This document shows positions 1 to 11,198 of a DNA stretch of 64,000 nt, one piece after another. The notes beneath the pieces were generated by a model that saw nothing but the letters and a program-made list of their open reading frames with translations, was not told the origin of the DNA and ran no database searches. Location of the stretch: assembly GCA_973895155.1 (NCBI GenBank), contig OZ316894.1:13573580-13637579 (forward strand). Reading direction: 5' to 3'. A program made the position numbers and the translations under genes. How positions within the stretch are numbered: position 1 is the first letter of the stretch; the number at the start of each line of letters is the position of its first letter. The stretch is from Marsupella aquatica. Lineage: Eukaryota; Plantae; Marchantiophyta.

Positions 1-1689
1 GAGATTGAACGTGACTTGGCTGCTGTTCGGCAGGATTTGGCAAGCGGGCGAGTTAACACCCACAAACCCCAAGACCCCAAGGTAACCCTAGACCCAGCTG
101 AGCTCAACAGGGCGTAGCCCTCCTCAGGAGGTTTCCAACGCACCCAGGAAGTCCTCCAACGGACTTCCCGTTGGGAAGATATCGCCATTTCTATTTGACG
201 GTTTCCCTTAGTGTCGCGACCACCGCGGCTCACGACTTCGGCTCGCCCTTAGCCCCCATGGAGACACCACTCCCCTCATATATGCTTCTGCAGACCTGCC
301 ACCCCTGGACCAGCTTTGGTCCCTAAACATTTGGCCCCCAACCCAGATCCTATCACGCATAATGGGCGCGCCACCAACTGGCAACGCCCATAACTTTCTC
401 GTTAGGCATCCGCAAGCGGAGTGCCTTAGCCCGTTGTGATCGGGCTGACCCAGTGCTCATGCCTAGGCCCTCAGGTTTGATTGCCGCTCGGGGCCCCCGC
501 CCAGCCCAACCCGGATCGGGCCATAACTTGCGTCCCAAGTGTCCGTTGCCCATGGCGTCAACTCCATTGGCCTTGGGCCCAAGAGGAGCTCACACTCAAG
601 CCCTCAAAACTCACAGCCCATCCGGAGGTCTGGACAACCATCCTTGAGCCCGGCTCATTTCCCCTTGACCCGACCAGCTCTCAACTAGTCCAAGTCCTTA
701 GTGTGTGTCACCAGCTTGGCTCCTTGCCTCGCTAGCGCTACGTCTCGTTGCCCACAAGTCTCCCCATGCTAAGTGCTCCCCGGATGGCCTCCGGGCCTAG
801 ACCATAAAGGAGCTCGGCATTGGAGTCAGCGACGCCGGAGCTAAGTGTTAAGGTAGTCGAGTTCCGCGACTGATTTGATGTTTTGGAGCTTTAGTAGTGA
901 CTTTGAAATAAGGAAGTTATATTCTTTTGATGAGTGGAACCCGGTGATTGGATCAATTTTTAGATTAGGAACTATCCGTGCCATGGGGTTTGAAGATTCT
1001 GGCCGTAGGTTTTTCTTGTTGTGGGATTGGAAAGTTGAGAGAAAGAGGAAAGGAGGGCTTGAAGAAGAGGCCCGGGAAGTGAAGAAGAGAAATGAAGACA
1101 AAAAAGAGGCTCATCGGCGAATGAGGCTCTATAGCAAATGTCTGGGCAAAACAATTGACGACTGACCTGATGAACTGAGACTGACCTGAGCTGAAATGAC
1201 ATTGGAAATCTAGAGTTTGAGACAGCCAAAAAGCCATGTAACTTCAATCCTAAGAAATAAATGGGTGGGTTACCCATTAAGATTGATTGCAACTCTTGAA
1301 TTTAAAAATTGGAATGGATGTTAGAACAAAGTAAATGGATGGAAAGAATTTATTTTAAAAGGTTTTCATTTGAACTAAGCTTAAGGGAGGATTATGTATT
1401 AAATTTAAAAACAAAGTATGAACTTAGAGAAACTTTAGAAACTAGTGGTTAAAAAATAGGGTAAAAATAAAATACAATAGAATAAACCAAAAAGTGCATG
1501 TAAAATTCTTAAAAGAACTTATGTTTAGACTTTTGAAATGCCTTTGTTAGAAACTTAGATGAAACTAGTGAATGAGATTTGATAAAAGATAAAGTATTTA
1601 GAAAGTGATTTAGACTTATCTTCAAATCAAACCCTGAGAAACTATAGAAACTAGTTTTCAGACCGCTTCAAACGGTTCCCCGGACAGCG

Positions 1690-2400
1690 TGAGCTTTGGG
1701 GAGCAAATTGTGCCCTCAAACAAGAAAAAGATTACTTGATAGGAGCGTATGTAGTTCTTCAGACCGATTGTCTTCCTTTGCTTGGAATGATTGTCGATTG
1801 TGATACCCCTGATATTGCCATGCTTAGATGGATAGCCTTCATTTGAATTTTCAATCCTCAATTAGAGCATATCATGGGAAAGGACAATCTGGTGGTAGAC
1901 ATGCTTTCAAGAGCTAGGTTTGAAGATTGTGAGTCATATGTGAATATAGATAGGTGTGTGTGTGTGTGTTGCAAGTCAACAAAAAATGAGTGTTTGAGAG
2001 AGTTTGAAGTGTTGGAATTTAAGTCAGATCTATATCCAGCTGAGTTTGTAGTGATAGGGGAGTACTTGAGTACCTTGAAAAAGAAAATGAGTGGAGTCGA
2101 GAGGATTTTGAGAGAGTTAGAAAGAAGGCCTATGGTTTTTTTTTTAGAGATGGATACTTGTGGAAGCGACCAAAGAAGCAAGGGCATTTACCTTTGAGAG
2201 TTGTTGGTGATGATGCTACACGGCGAAAGGTTCTGAAGGAGTGCCATGATTTTGAGGCTTCATGTCACAAGGGAGTTCAAGCTACCTATGAAAGACTTCA
2301 ACAATTCTATTGGTGGCCTTGAATCTACTTAGATGTTAGAGCTTATGTTGAGACTTGTGAGGTTTGTCAATTTTACTCAAAGATCAAACATCGGGATGGT
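1690..2400 (+). pseudogene. Ty3/gypsy pol remnant (RNase H end plus integrase HHCC zinc-binding region)
   Basis: Translates with stops/frameshifts to RELWGANCALKQEKDYLIG..VLQTDCLPLLGM..MLRWIAFI..HIMGKDNLVVDMLSR (RNase H end) and VLKECHD..CHKGVQATYERLQQFYWWP*IYLDVRAYVETCEVCQ (integrase HHCC). Cut off at the T-tract at 2401. Confidence 0.8.
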
Positions 2401-2867
2401 CTTTTTTTTCTTTTTTTTCTTTTTTTCTTTTTTTAATTTTGATTTTATTCCGCGTGAACCCCACGGATGGGGGGAACCAGCAGGCCAAACGGCAGCAGAA
2501 GCCGCAAAGGGCAAAAGAGTAACACGACAAATAAGAGTCCAAAAAAGTCAAGGACATCAGATCCCACAGATGTTGAAAACTAGTAAGAATCAAGTGTTCA
2601 CTGGCACTCAGACAGTTGCATCTAATCAACTCAAGGGCAAAGCAGCATCAAAATAGTGCCAGTGCAAGGGGACAGATGTCTTGTCAGAAGTATGGTCCTA
2701 AGGCTTCTCAGTCAACCAAGCCTGCAAGGGTAAAAAAAGGGGGGGTAGACAAGCAGCTCGGAATGCCGTAATAAGATCTAGGGCAGGCATAAGAGCAAAA
2801 ATTCCTGATCCTAAAGATATAAAGTAGGCCTATGATTAAGGACACAAGGGCAGCTAAGTAAACTATT

Positions 2868-3317
2868 TTTTTAATTTTTAATTTGTTAATTTTTTGTTGA
2901 AATTTATTCCGCGTGAACCCCACGGATGGGGGAAGCAGCAGGCCAGAAGGCAAAAGAAGGGGGGCAACAAGGAAAGTGACACCACAGCCGGTCAAAGTCG
3001 AACCATGCGCAGTGGCACAAAGCAAGACAGAGTTAAGACCGGGATTCTAAGTAAGCCACAACAGGTCAATAGAGCACTAAACCCATCGAGTGATTGGGGC
3101 CCTAACGAGTACAGTATTCCACTAGGCAAAACTAACAAGTAATCAACCAGAGCTACATCTGCAATTACTGTGGGCAGGCAGAACCGGACTCAGATTTATG
3201 GGTCCGGTAGTATTACAGGTTTTCCAGTGCCAACCCGATTTAACCTACACAGCACAATCAGACAGAGAATAGACGTCTCACTTTGCTCCTGATAATCCTA
3301 ATTTGTTCCTGCACTAA
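2868..3317 (-). mobile_element. Short retroposed insert (SINE-like or 5'-truncated LINE 3' end) in the LINE-A 3' UTR
   Basis: Flanked by the 17-bp direct repeat CAGCTAAGTAAACTATT (2851-2867 and 3318-3334). A-rich tail at the left end, and the same 3' terminal motif as LINE-A (TTATTCCGCGTGAACCCCACGGATGGGGG). Confidence 0.75.
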
Positions 3318-3363
3318 CAGCTAAGTAAACTATTAACTAAGAGCTTTTGTGGCCTAAAAAGGA

Positions 3364-5254
3364 TCAAAGCGTCGGGTGTCCTCCTGCAGCACCGCCATCC
3401 AGGATGGATTCAATCCTCCTAACCTCAATCCTGAGAATGCTGATGCGTTTTGTCTCTATCAGTCCCGTAGCACCTGAGAGGCGTCGATGTTTGCGGCTTA
3501 AAAGAGAGGTAGACAGCACCGAAGTGGACGTGATAACCGCATTCAAGTGGTCCAGAATCTCATAGATCACCAACAATTGATCAAAGATTTTTTGTCGACT
3601 TCTGTCAAAAGTTTGAGCATTACGGGCTAGCCAAATGCACCATAGAATCTGGTAAACCGTGTAAATCCGAAGAGAGTGAATAGGCAATTTCCCTGCAGTG
3701 GAAAAAATCAGAGTGAATAAACTTGGTGCTCCATCGCAGAGTGCACCCTCCATCCATCCGTGGACCTCCAGCCAACAGCAACAAGCATGACGACATGAAA
3801 AGAAAATGTGCGGAATAGTTTCAATCGTCCCAGCACATAAGCCACAACAGTCATCCGACTTGCCAATCCGTAGAGCACGGGAGCCAGAGAACAAGCCTTG
3901 CGCAATAATCCGCCACAGAAAGACCTTAGCACGGGTAGAGAGGTCAGAAGTCCACACACTGTTCCACACTCTATTCCAATCCTCATCCGGTAAATTTTCC
4001 CCCCAGATCGGGTTCAGCCGGGCGGAGTCAGTGCCTTTTGGGCGAAGCAACTCATAAGCACGTGCATTCATTAAGTCAAAACGATTCATTCTCTCCTCCC
4101 GATCCAACCAGCGCCACATGCAGGTACGAGAAGCAGTAGCATCTCCCTCACAGGGAGAACCATGGATCACACCGGCAAGAGAGAGGCATAAAGTCCTGTA
4201 GGGAAGTGTAAGGCCTCTCAGACAAGGTAGACGTAGTTCAACATTTTTCCAAGTGCCATCAATTGTAGACCAGAAGTCCCGAATTCTCCTGATACCCAGA
4301 GAACCAAACGTTCTTGTTAGCAGCACAATATCGATCTCAGGTAAATTGTAGAACCCTTGTAGACAGTGGATAGTATCTTCAAAACCCCAGTGGCCAGGGA
4401 TGTGATCGGCCACAGTAGGACAAAAAATCAAATTTGATCTCATTCTCTCCCAGGCACTCCACAACTGATTCGTATACGTAAGTCTCCCAAAGCTACGAGG
4501 GGTACAGAGTAGCAACTTATCAGCCATAGAGTAAGAGCTTCGACATATAGCCTTGTAGTTCCGCCATTTGGTAAGTTGAAGGTTTTCCGCGAACATGCAA
4601 GCCCATTCAGATTCAGGATGGTCCAAAGCGCCAGTAAACCACTTACACAGAAGGGCATCAGAGTGACTCTAATCTTGAAGTCCTTCAGGCCAAGTCCACC
4701 GTCAGATTTGGGTCGAGTCATCTTATCCCAAGCCACAAGTGGGATGCGTCTTCCACCCAGCGGGTTCAAACCCCACAGAAAAATTATGTTTAAAGCAATC
4801 AGCTTTTTAGTCAAAGCAGCGGGAGAGAGTAGGAACATCATGTGATAGATCGGGATGGCCTGAAGCACATGCTTGATTAATAGCAGACGACCTGTGAAGG
4901 AGAGAAAGCGAGTGGACCAGGATGCAAGACGTGCACTAATCCGGTCTAAGCAAAAGCAATGTAGTTGCTTCTCAGTAAGATTGGATCCAAAAGGTCCACC
5001 CAAATATCTCTACATAGTGCCAGCAGGGCTGATTGTACAGCCAGTGTCCTGTAGCCAGCCAGGGTTCTCTTCAAGTGCCAGGGGAATAATGGTTGATTTA
5101 GCCAGGTTGAGTTTAGCACCAGTAGCACACTCATGGCAGGTAATAGGCAAATAGAAGTGGGGAGAGGGGGCACCCCTGCCGGACTCCTCTACACATGTGA
5201 ATATCAGCAGACCAAAGATCGTTGACTAGAACTTTGGAGCAAGAGTTGCTTAAT
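3364..5254 (-). pseudogene. LINE-A ORF2, C-terminal part (RT end, zf-RVT)
   Basis: KYLGGPFG, LSFTGRLLLIKHVLQAIPIY, VAWDKMTRPKSDGGLG, KVFLWR, CGLCAGTIETIPHIFFSC, WCIWLARN motifs. Frameshifted, with an internal deletion after CPLSPLLF. Confidence 0.9.
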
Positions 5255-5279
5255 CACTACTACACTATTGGCCCCTTTT

Positions 5280-5850
5280 GCAAACCCATACACATCGCAA
5301 TCAACAAAGGCTCGATAAACAGAATTCCGGCACTTGCGAACTAACACGCATCGCTACACCATCCCAAATTGTGAAGTTAAAACCTTTGCACGTGGACCAT
5401 CGCAACGCCATCGCAACACCATCACAATTTCCTAACCAAATTCCCTCGCAACTTGTCGAACACTTCCGAGTTCAAAATCGTTGCAAACGCTTCGCATTAT
5501 GCCGCACAGTCCTTTGTTACCGACGTTGGTTTTTGTGAAGCTGGAAGGTTCGCTACGTGTTTTTGATGGGAATGAGTTTGATATTTGCCATGTCGTGGGG
5601 TTGGCAACTAGCGAGCCTTATAAGATCACTCTTATGCGAAATAAATTTGATGGGGACTTCCGATCTAAATTGGATCGGAACTTGTGAGTTGGTTTAGGCC
5701 AGAAGTTGGGAACCATTTGACTTCGCAACTTGTGATGTTACTTGGTTCTATAATAGCGATCCGAGTCATTTTAGTATTTCCTAGTTATCCAAGTTCGCAA
5801 TGGGTTCGCACTTTCATGGGAACACGACTTTCAATCAATGTTTTGCGAGG
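5280..5850. repeat. Left subterminal repeat region of CACTA-1 (dispersed TCGCA(A)/TTGCGA motifs)
   Basis: Many TCGCAA/CATCGC/TTGCGA motifs in both orientations, mirrored at 14860-15225. Confidence 0.65.
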
Positions 5851-6092
5851 GATTTCTCTTGGCAGTGGACCCAATGTGGAAGGCAAATGTTTTTTATAAG
5901 ATCCATGCAAGTATATAGGTGGATATACCAAAATGTTAGGGCTTGAATTAAGGAACCCAATACACAAGAGGGGTGGCATATCTGATGCCGGCCAAGTCAC
6001 CCTACTCAACATATGCTATCCTAGCTAAGCTCCAACACGGCTAGTCAGTGACATGTATCTCATGAGCCCGGTCATGAGATTCTACAAGCTAA

Positions 6093-8125
6093 CTAAAATG
6101 GACTCTTCCGACCCCGCTTTGTCGGCTTCTTTACCAGCTTCTTGCCCTTATCCTTCTGTGGATGTACAGCCTGGTGCTGACGGGTGCGCGGTGCCTTTCG
6201 GCGCTGCTGCTCCTCCTGCTCCTCCTCCTCCTGCCCATCCTCCTCCTCGTCACCTCCCTCCTGCTCCCCCTCATCATCAACCTGTCTTGATGATGCACGA
6301 CTACTACCACTACCGCGATGGGATGAACCTACCTCCCGGCTACTGCCCCTCTCCCTAGAACCGCTGGTAAGAGGAGTAGCCCCCTCATCCTCATCATCAC
6401 TACTACTTGCGTCAGCACCCGACCCCTCAGGCTCATCCAAATCCTGCATCCGTACACTTAATCAGTTTCTACAAATTAAAAAGGGTCATCCACAATGTTG
6501 GCATCACAATTAATTAAACCTTGAACACCTAGATACTTACAGTAGCCAACTCGGCATCCACCATCTGAAAGAGGTACTTTCTCCCATGCTCCATCCCTAT
6601 CTCAATATGTTTCTTGGATATCTTCCTCTTATATTTCCGGTACTGCCATGCACCATAAAACCAAAAAGTAAACCCATAGGCTAAACCAAAATTCACAATG
6701 CGAGAGGCCTTAGGCCTAGAAAAGTTAAACTACTTTGAAAACAACTCAAATTCACATTTGCAAAGCTAATGCGTTCACAAAATGCGAAGCCCTAATTTTT
6801 GCGAAGGCATTGCGATGGCTTTTGCGATGCACGTACCTTCGCAACAGCATCAGAAAATCCAAAAAGAAAAAAGTGCATAATAGAGTTTGCGAGGCTCTTG
6901 CGAACGAATACGCATCGCAATGGGATTGCAAACTGTGATCCCAAGAGGTTTTTAAAAATGCGCAAATTTCTAAGTGTCAGTCGTGACCTAAAACAATGCA
7001 CAAGCAAGCACATGAGAGCATGGACATTCATGACATTCCATTCACTTTGCATTACCTCAACTGAGAAAGTAAGGAGGAAAGAGCTTAGGGAGGAGAGGAG
7101 ACACTTACAAAGTGGGCCTTGAGACCGGGGAGCCCGCCTTGACCCAGCTTGTGGACTGGATTGGGGGTGGCTTTCACTCGCTTGGCTGCATCCATGAAAC
7201 GTTTGGGTGGTCTTCCTTCTTCGTCGACCACCTTTTGCACATCAGCTACCTTCTGCTCGAGTCCCTTCAGGTCATGGTCAAGGGGGAGCTTCCCGGTCTC
7301 CTTTGCTTTCAGGGATCGAGCTAGTGTATCCTTCCATTGTTCCAACTCGCGAGCTGCTTTGATTTGCACCTCAATCTTGTAAAATGCATTCCAGATGTCC
7401 TCAGTGAATTGGAGGGGCCTGCGCAAATTCCTGTACGATCTCAAGTCTCTCAGGTGGGCTCTAATCTTCATCCTATCATGGTATCTCATTTGAGACATGG
7501 AATTAGAAATCTTGTCTGCCAGCCATTGCTCATCTATGTCAGCTCCATTACGAAATGCATCCTTGATCTGATTCATCACTCTCTTTCGCTCTGCCTTCTC
7601 AAACTTTCCCCATTGCATGCCTCGTGAGAAATTGCTTGTGATGATCTGTTTGATGGTGCTCTTAGCCCCTGCATAGGCTAGCTCAGTTGGAGTCCCAGTT
7701 GTCTCCAAGGCAATGAATGGAAGCTTTTTCCTTGCATCCTCTTTCTGACGTTGCTCATCTCGTTGTTTTCGAATTGCATCCCTCTCCTCTCTTCTCTTCT
7801 ATTTTTCTATGGCTTGAGGAGAGGCAACTCCCGACTTAGCCCTCTCCTCCCTCTTCCTTCTTTTCTCTCTAGCCTTCTCCTCAGCTGCGACCCTCTCTTC
7901 CTCGTCTCTAGTAGCTTGCCCTGCCACAATTCCTGTTTGCAAAACCTGGCCTAAAATGGCACTCAAGGAGGCAAGCCCTGCTGGAGTATTCAAATTTACT
8001 TCACCCAACTGTGCAGCACTGAGATGTTGGGCTACTAAGTCGCTCCATGCATTCTGTTGCTTCTCCTGATTTGCCCCATTGCCACTACCACCAGCACCAT
8101 GTCCTCCACTCCCACCGGTAGCCAT
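6093..8125 (-). pseudogene. CACTA-1 second gene (TnpA/ORF2-like), multi-exon, divergent from the transposase
   Basis: Exon ~8125-7109 (one in-frame TAG at 7799) ends ...NPVHKLGQGGLPGLKAHF|GTAAGT, comparable to NPMLTGRGG in CACTA-2 ORF2. Exon 6642-6541 has AG/GT ends, followed by an acidic final exon ~6468-6093. Confidence 0.65.
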
Positions 8126-8589
8126 AGCTCAATCCCTCTCAGGTCTCTCTCGATCTTCTCCCCATGGCCCCTTCTCCTATCGCTCTCCCGATCAAACAAG
8201 GAATGAGCTTGATGCGAGCTCCCGCCGACACTTACGCATTTAAAAAAAACCTCTTTGCAATCACATTCGCATCACAAACTGCCACCCTATTACCTTCGCA
8301 AACGGTCTCGCAACTTGCGATACTTTTGTGAAGAACATACCCTCGCTAATCCATCGCAACCCGCAGAAATGCCCAAAAATTGTTCTCGGCCTCTGTATTT
8401 GCGAAGATGTTGCGAACCCGGGAGGTTCGCAAAATGCATCTCTAATTTGTGAAGCAATTTGCGAGGCAGGTGATCTCGGTTTAGGGTGGGAAACTATCCC
8501 AGGTGTTTAAACGGCTTTACAAGGGTATGGCCTATTTAAACCCTTTTAACTCAACATGGATTTGTGAATGGCCAATTAGTTTGAAGAAG

Positions 8590-9410
8590 AGGATTTTGGG
8601 TTGTAGTTGGGCTTTGTGTTTTTGTTTTTGAATCTTAATTGGGTTCTAATTTAACAAAGGGTTTGAGTTTTGATTTGGGGTTTGGATTTAGAAAGGGTTT
8701 AGTTTAGGGAGGGTTGTGTTTCAATTGAAGGGGTTAATTTGGGTTTAGGTTTTAATGTAAGGGTTGGGTTTGACTTTTCACTGATTTCATATTTTTTTCT
8801 CTATACATATTTCAGTTTAGGGACATCGTTTTAATAGAGGGCTTTAAGTTAGGGTCTAAGGTAGGGGTTTGGGTAAGGTTGTAATTGAGAAGTTTGGGTT
8901 AGGGTTTAGGGTAGGGGCTTGATTTTGGTTTAAGTTTAGGGGTTTGGGTTAGGTTTTAAGTATAGGGGTTGGGTTCCATTTTAATTCTAAGTTGTGTTTC
9001 ATTTTAATTGTGGGGTTTGGGTTAGGATTTTTGGGTAAGGGTTTGATACGTAATGAGGGAATATGGATAGGTAACTTAGGATGGAGTTTGAGTTAGGGTT
9101 TAAGGTAGGGGTTTGAGTAAGGTTTTAGCTTAGGGGTTTGGGTTAGGTATTGAATATAGGGGATCGATGGGTTCAATTATAATTCAGGCTTGTGTTTAAT
9201 TTTTAATTTAGGGATTTGGGTTAGGGTTTAGGGTAAAGGCTTCATAGGTAATGAGGGAGTTTGGGTTATGGTTTCAGATGGGGTTTGAGTTAGGTTTTAG
9301 CTGAGGGATTTGGGTTAGGGTTTGAATGTAGCAGTTGGGTTTTTAGCGTAGGGGTTTTGGTTAGCTAGGGCTTTGGGTAAGGGTTTTATATGTTCATGTT
9401 TAGGGTAGGT
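8590..9410 (+). repeat. Degenerate telomere-like G/T-rich array (GGGTTAGGGTTTAGGG; ~23-bp and ~195-bp periodicity)
   Basis: Repeated GGGGTTTGGGTTAGG(G)TTT units including exact TTAGGG and TTTAGGG. 8961-9150 is similar to 9155-9340. Confidence 0.85.
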
Positions 9411-9849
9411 TTTTTTTCTAATTGAGGGTATGCTTTCTTTATTTCATTAACATGAAGGGGTGGAACACTCTAGGAGTTACAGGGCACTTCCCCATCGTTT
9501 TGAGAGTTTTGGCTAATGCATATGCATTGCGAGAGCTCGGGCATCTGAAAGGTAAAGCTTGTTTTCCTGGCATTTTTTATTTGTACTGTAACTTCAGGGT
9601 CTATCATCCCTTTCTATAGTTTACCATAAGTCATTGCTTAATTCATTGTATATTTGCAGATTTCTCCCTCCTACTTCCAGATTGGGTTCATCAAGTTTGG
9701 ACCAAAAGACCTATAGGCATTGCTGAGCCCGGGTCTCATAAAGGTATTTTTTCCTTTCATTTCAGTTTAATATGTCTACTTAGGGATTACAAATGATCGT
9801 TTTAGCTATTTGTTTACTAACTCGTTATTCCAAATCTTCCACTTGCCAG

Positions 9850-10083
9850 ATGTCTTCATCCTCTACAACTTCCACCACATCAGACTCCTCCTCTGATGAG
9901 GACATAGATCCTCCTCCTCAGCCTGAAACAGCCGCTCGTCGACCTAGTGGTCCACCACGCCAACTTTGCAGTTGTAAAAAATGTGTGGGGATGGTTGTCC
10001 AGAAGTCATATGTATGTGCAAACCATATTTCTTGATATGGACAACATCGAGGTCTTACACCCGGAGCCTCTTCATCCCATACG
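9850..10083 (+). CDS. Coding exon with Cys/His module (transposase-associated-domain-like), one premature TGA
   Basis: CCAG|ATG at 9850 and phase-0 donor ACG|GTGAGT at 10084. Encodes LCSCKKCVG..VCANHIS*YGQH, which parallels RCPCMQCQG..VHSHLQRHGRH at the N-terminus of the CACTA-2 transposase. Confidence 0.65.
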
Positions 10084-10186
10084 GTGAGTTGTAAACTTAC
10101 TATGGTTTATTTTTTATTCAATAAATATTGCTAGCATGATAAGTTGGGGAAGTTTACAATCACTTTGTTGGATTTGTTCCCTATAG

Positions 10187-11002
10187 GTATATAATAGGCC
10201 TACACCCACGGCACCAGCACCCTATGTTCCCTCACAAGGAGTTCTAGATGCTATAGGCTCGGCCCTTTCACAAGCTTTCCGTTTAGTTGCAGCAGAGCGA
10301 AGTGGTGTTGGGACAGTTCAGGGTGATGGTATTGTTGCACGAGGGAAAAAACGGTCTAAAAGGCAACCTAGAGGGGAAGTTGATCAGTACACCTGTAGGG
10401 TTGATGGTAGGTGGGGACCTTGTACATTCACAGGGAAATGTGTTCCTATCATAAAGGATTGGAATCCTGATTGCCTTGGTTTGCCATGTGATATAACCTA
10501 TGGTGAGGAAATAGAGGTTTGGGGAAGACATTGGATTGTCAAAAGTTCTACACTAGGGGAGAGACATGGGTATGGAATTTTTTCTTGCCAGGACATCATT
10601 GTGGATGATATGGGTGGAAAAGGGCGCTCTCAAGATGGACCAACGTTGTTCCCATATGGTGGACCCATTTACAAGCGAAGACATTGGAACATGCTCTTTG
10701 TACAACACCCTGAGTGGAAGACTTATGCATTGGACATGGATACTTTTGAAGGTTGCACTAGGAAGTATAGTGAACAACGTATAATTGATGGTGATCCCAT
10801 CCGTAGTGGAAATATAGCCGGTTTCATTAACAGTATTGTGGGGACCCGGCCTAAGCGTAGGAAAAACTGTGAATGGGTTTTTGTTGATGGTCCCCCTCCA
10901 ACACCATATGGGCAGAGATATCATCATGACCATTGTCTAGTTGTAGCTACTAGGACCATCAAGGCCGGAGAGGAGTTGTTTACACATTATGAGTGGGATT
11001 AG
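10187..11002 (+). CDS. SET-domain protein exon inside CACTA-1
   Basis: Open frame from acceptor TATAG|GTA (10187) to TAG 11002. SET motifs in order: WIVKSSTL..HGYGIF, PYGG, YALD, IIDG, GNIAGFINS, NCEWV, LVVATRTIKAGEELFTHY. Confidence 0.85.
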   Translation, partial: VYNRPTPTAPAPYVPSQGVLDAIGSALSQAFRLVAAERSGVGTVQGDGIVARGKKRSKRQPRGEVDQYTCRVDGRWGPCTFTGKCVPIIKDWNPDCLGLPCDITYGEEIEVWGRHWIVKSSTLGERHGYGIFSCQDIIVDDMGGKGRSQDGPTLFPYGGPIYKRRHWNMLFVQHPEWKTYALDMDTFEGCTRKYSEQRIIDGDPIRSGNIAGFINSIVGTRPKRRKNCEWVFVDGPPPTPYGQRYHHDHCLVVATRTIKAGEELFTHYEWD

Positions 11003-11198
11003 GCTTATTTTAGGGATATGTATTATTTATATGTTCCTTCATGCTTTGTGAACATATATTTTGTAAGTTAGGGTTTACACCCTAAACCTATGATGTTCTT
11101 TCACATTGTATGTTAATAATATGTGTCGATATTGTTTTTGTCTTATGAGGGATTTAATTTGGAGTTTGATTGTGAATGCTTTATTGTATTGTCCATAG

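Noticed and set aside
1-1650. GC-rich stretch with short ORFs followed by an AT-rich region
   Set aside because: No recognisable domain or termini; probably degenerate TE sequence but cannot be assigned.
6053-6513. Pro/Ser-rich plus-strand ORFs
   Set aside because: Antisense reading of the acidic GAG-rich last exon of the minus-strand gene.
8590-9410. True telomere or chromosome fusion site
   Set aside because: Degenerate, single orientation and enclosed within a TIR/TSD-bounded transposon.
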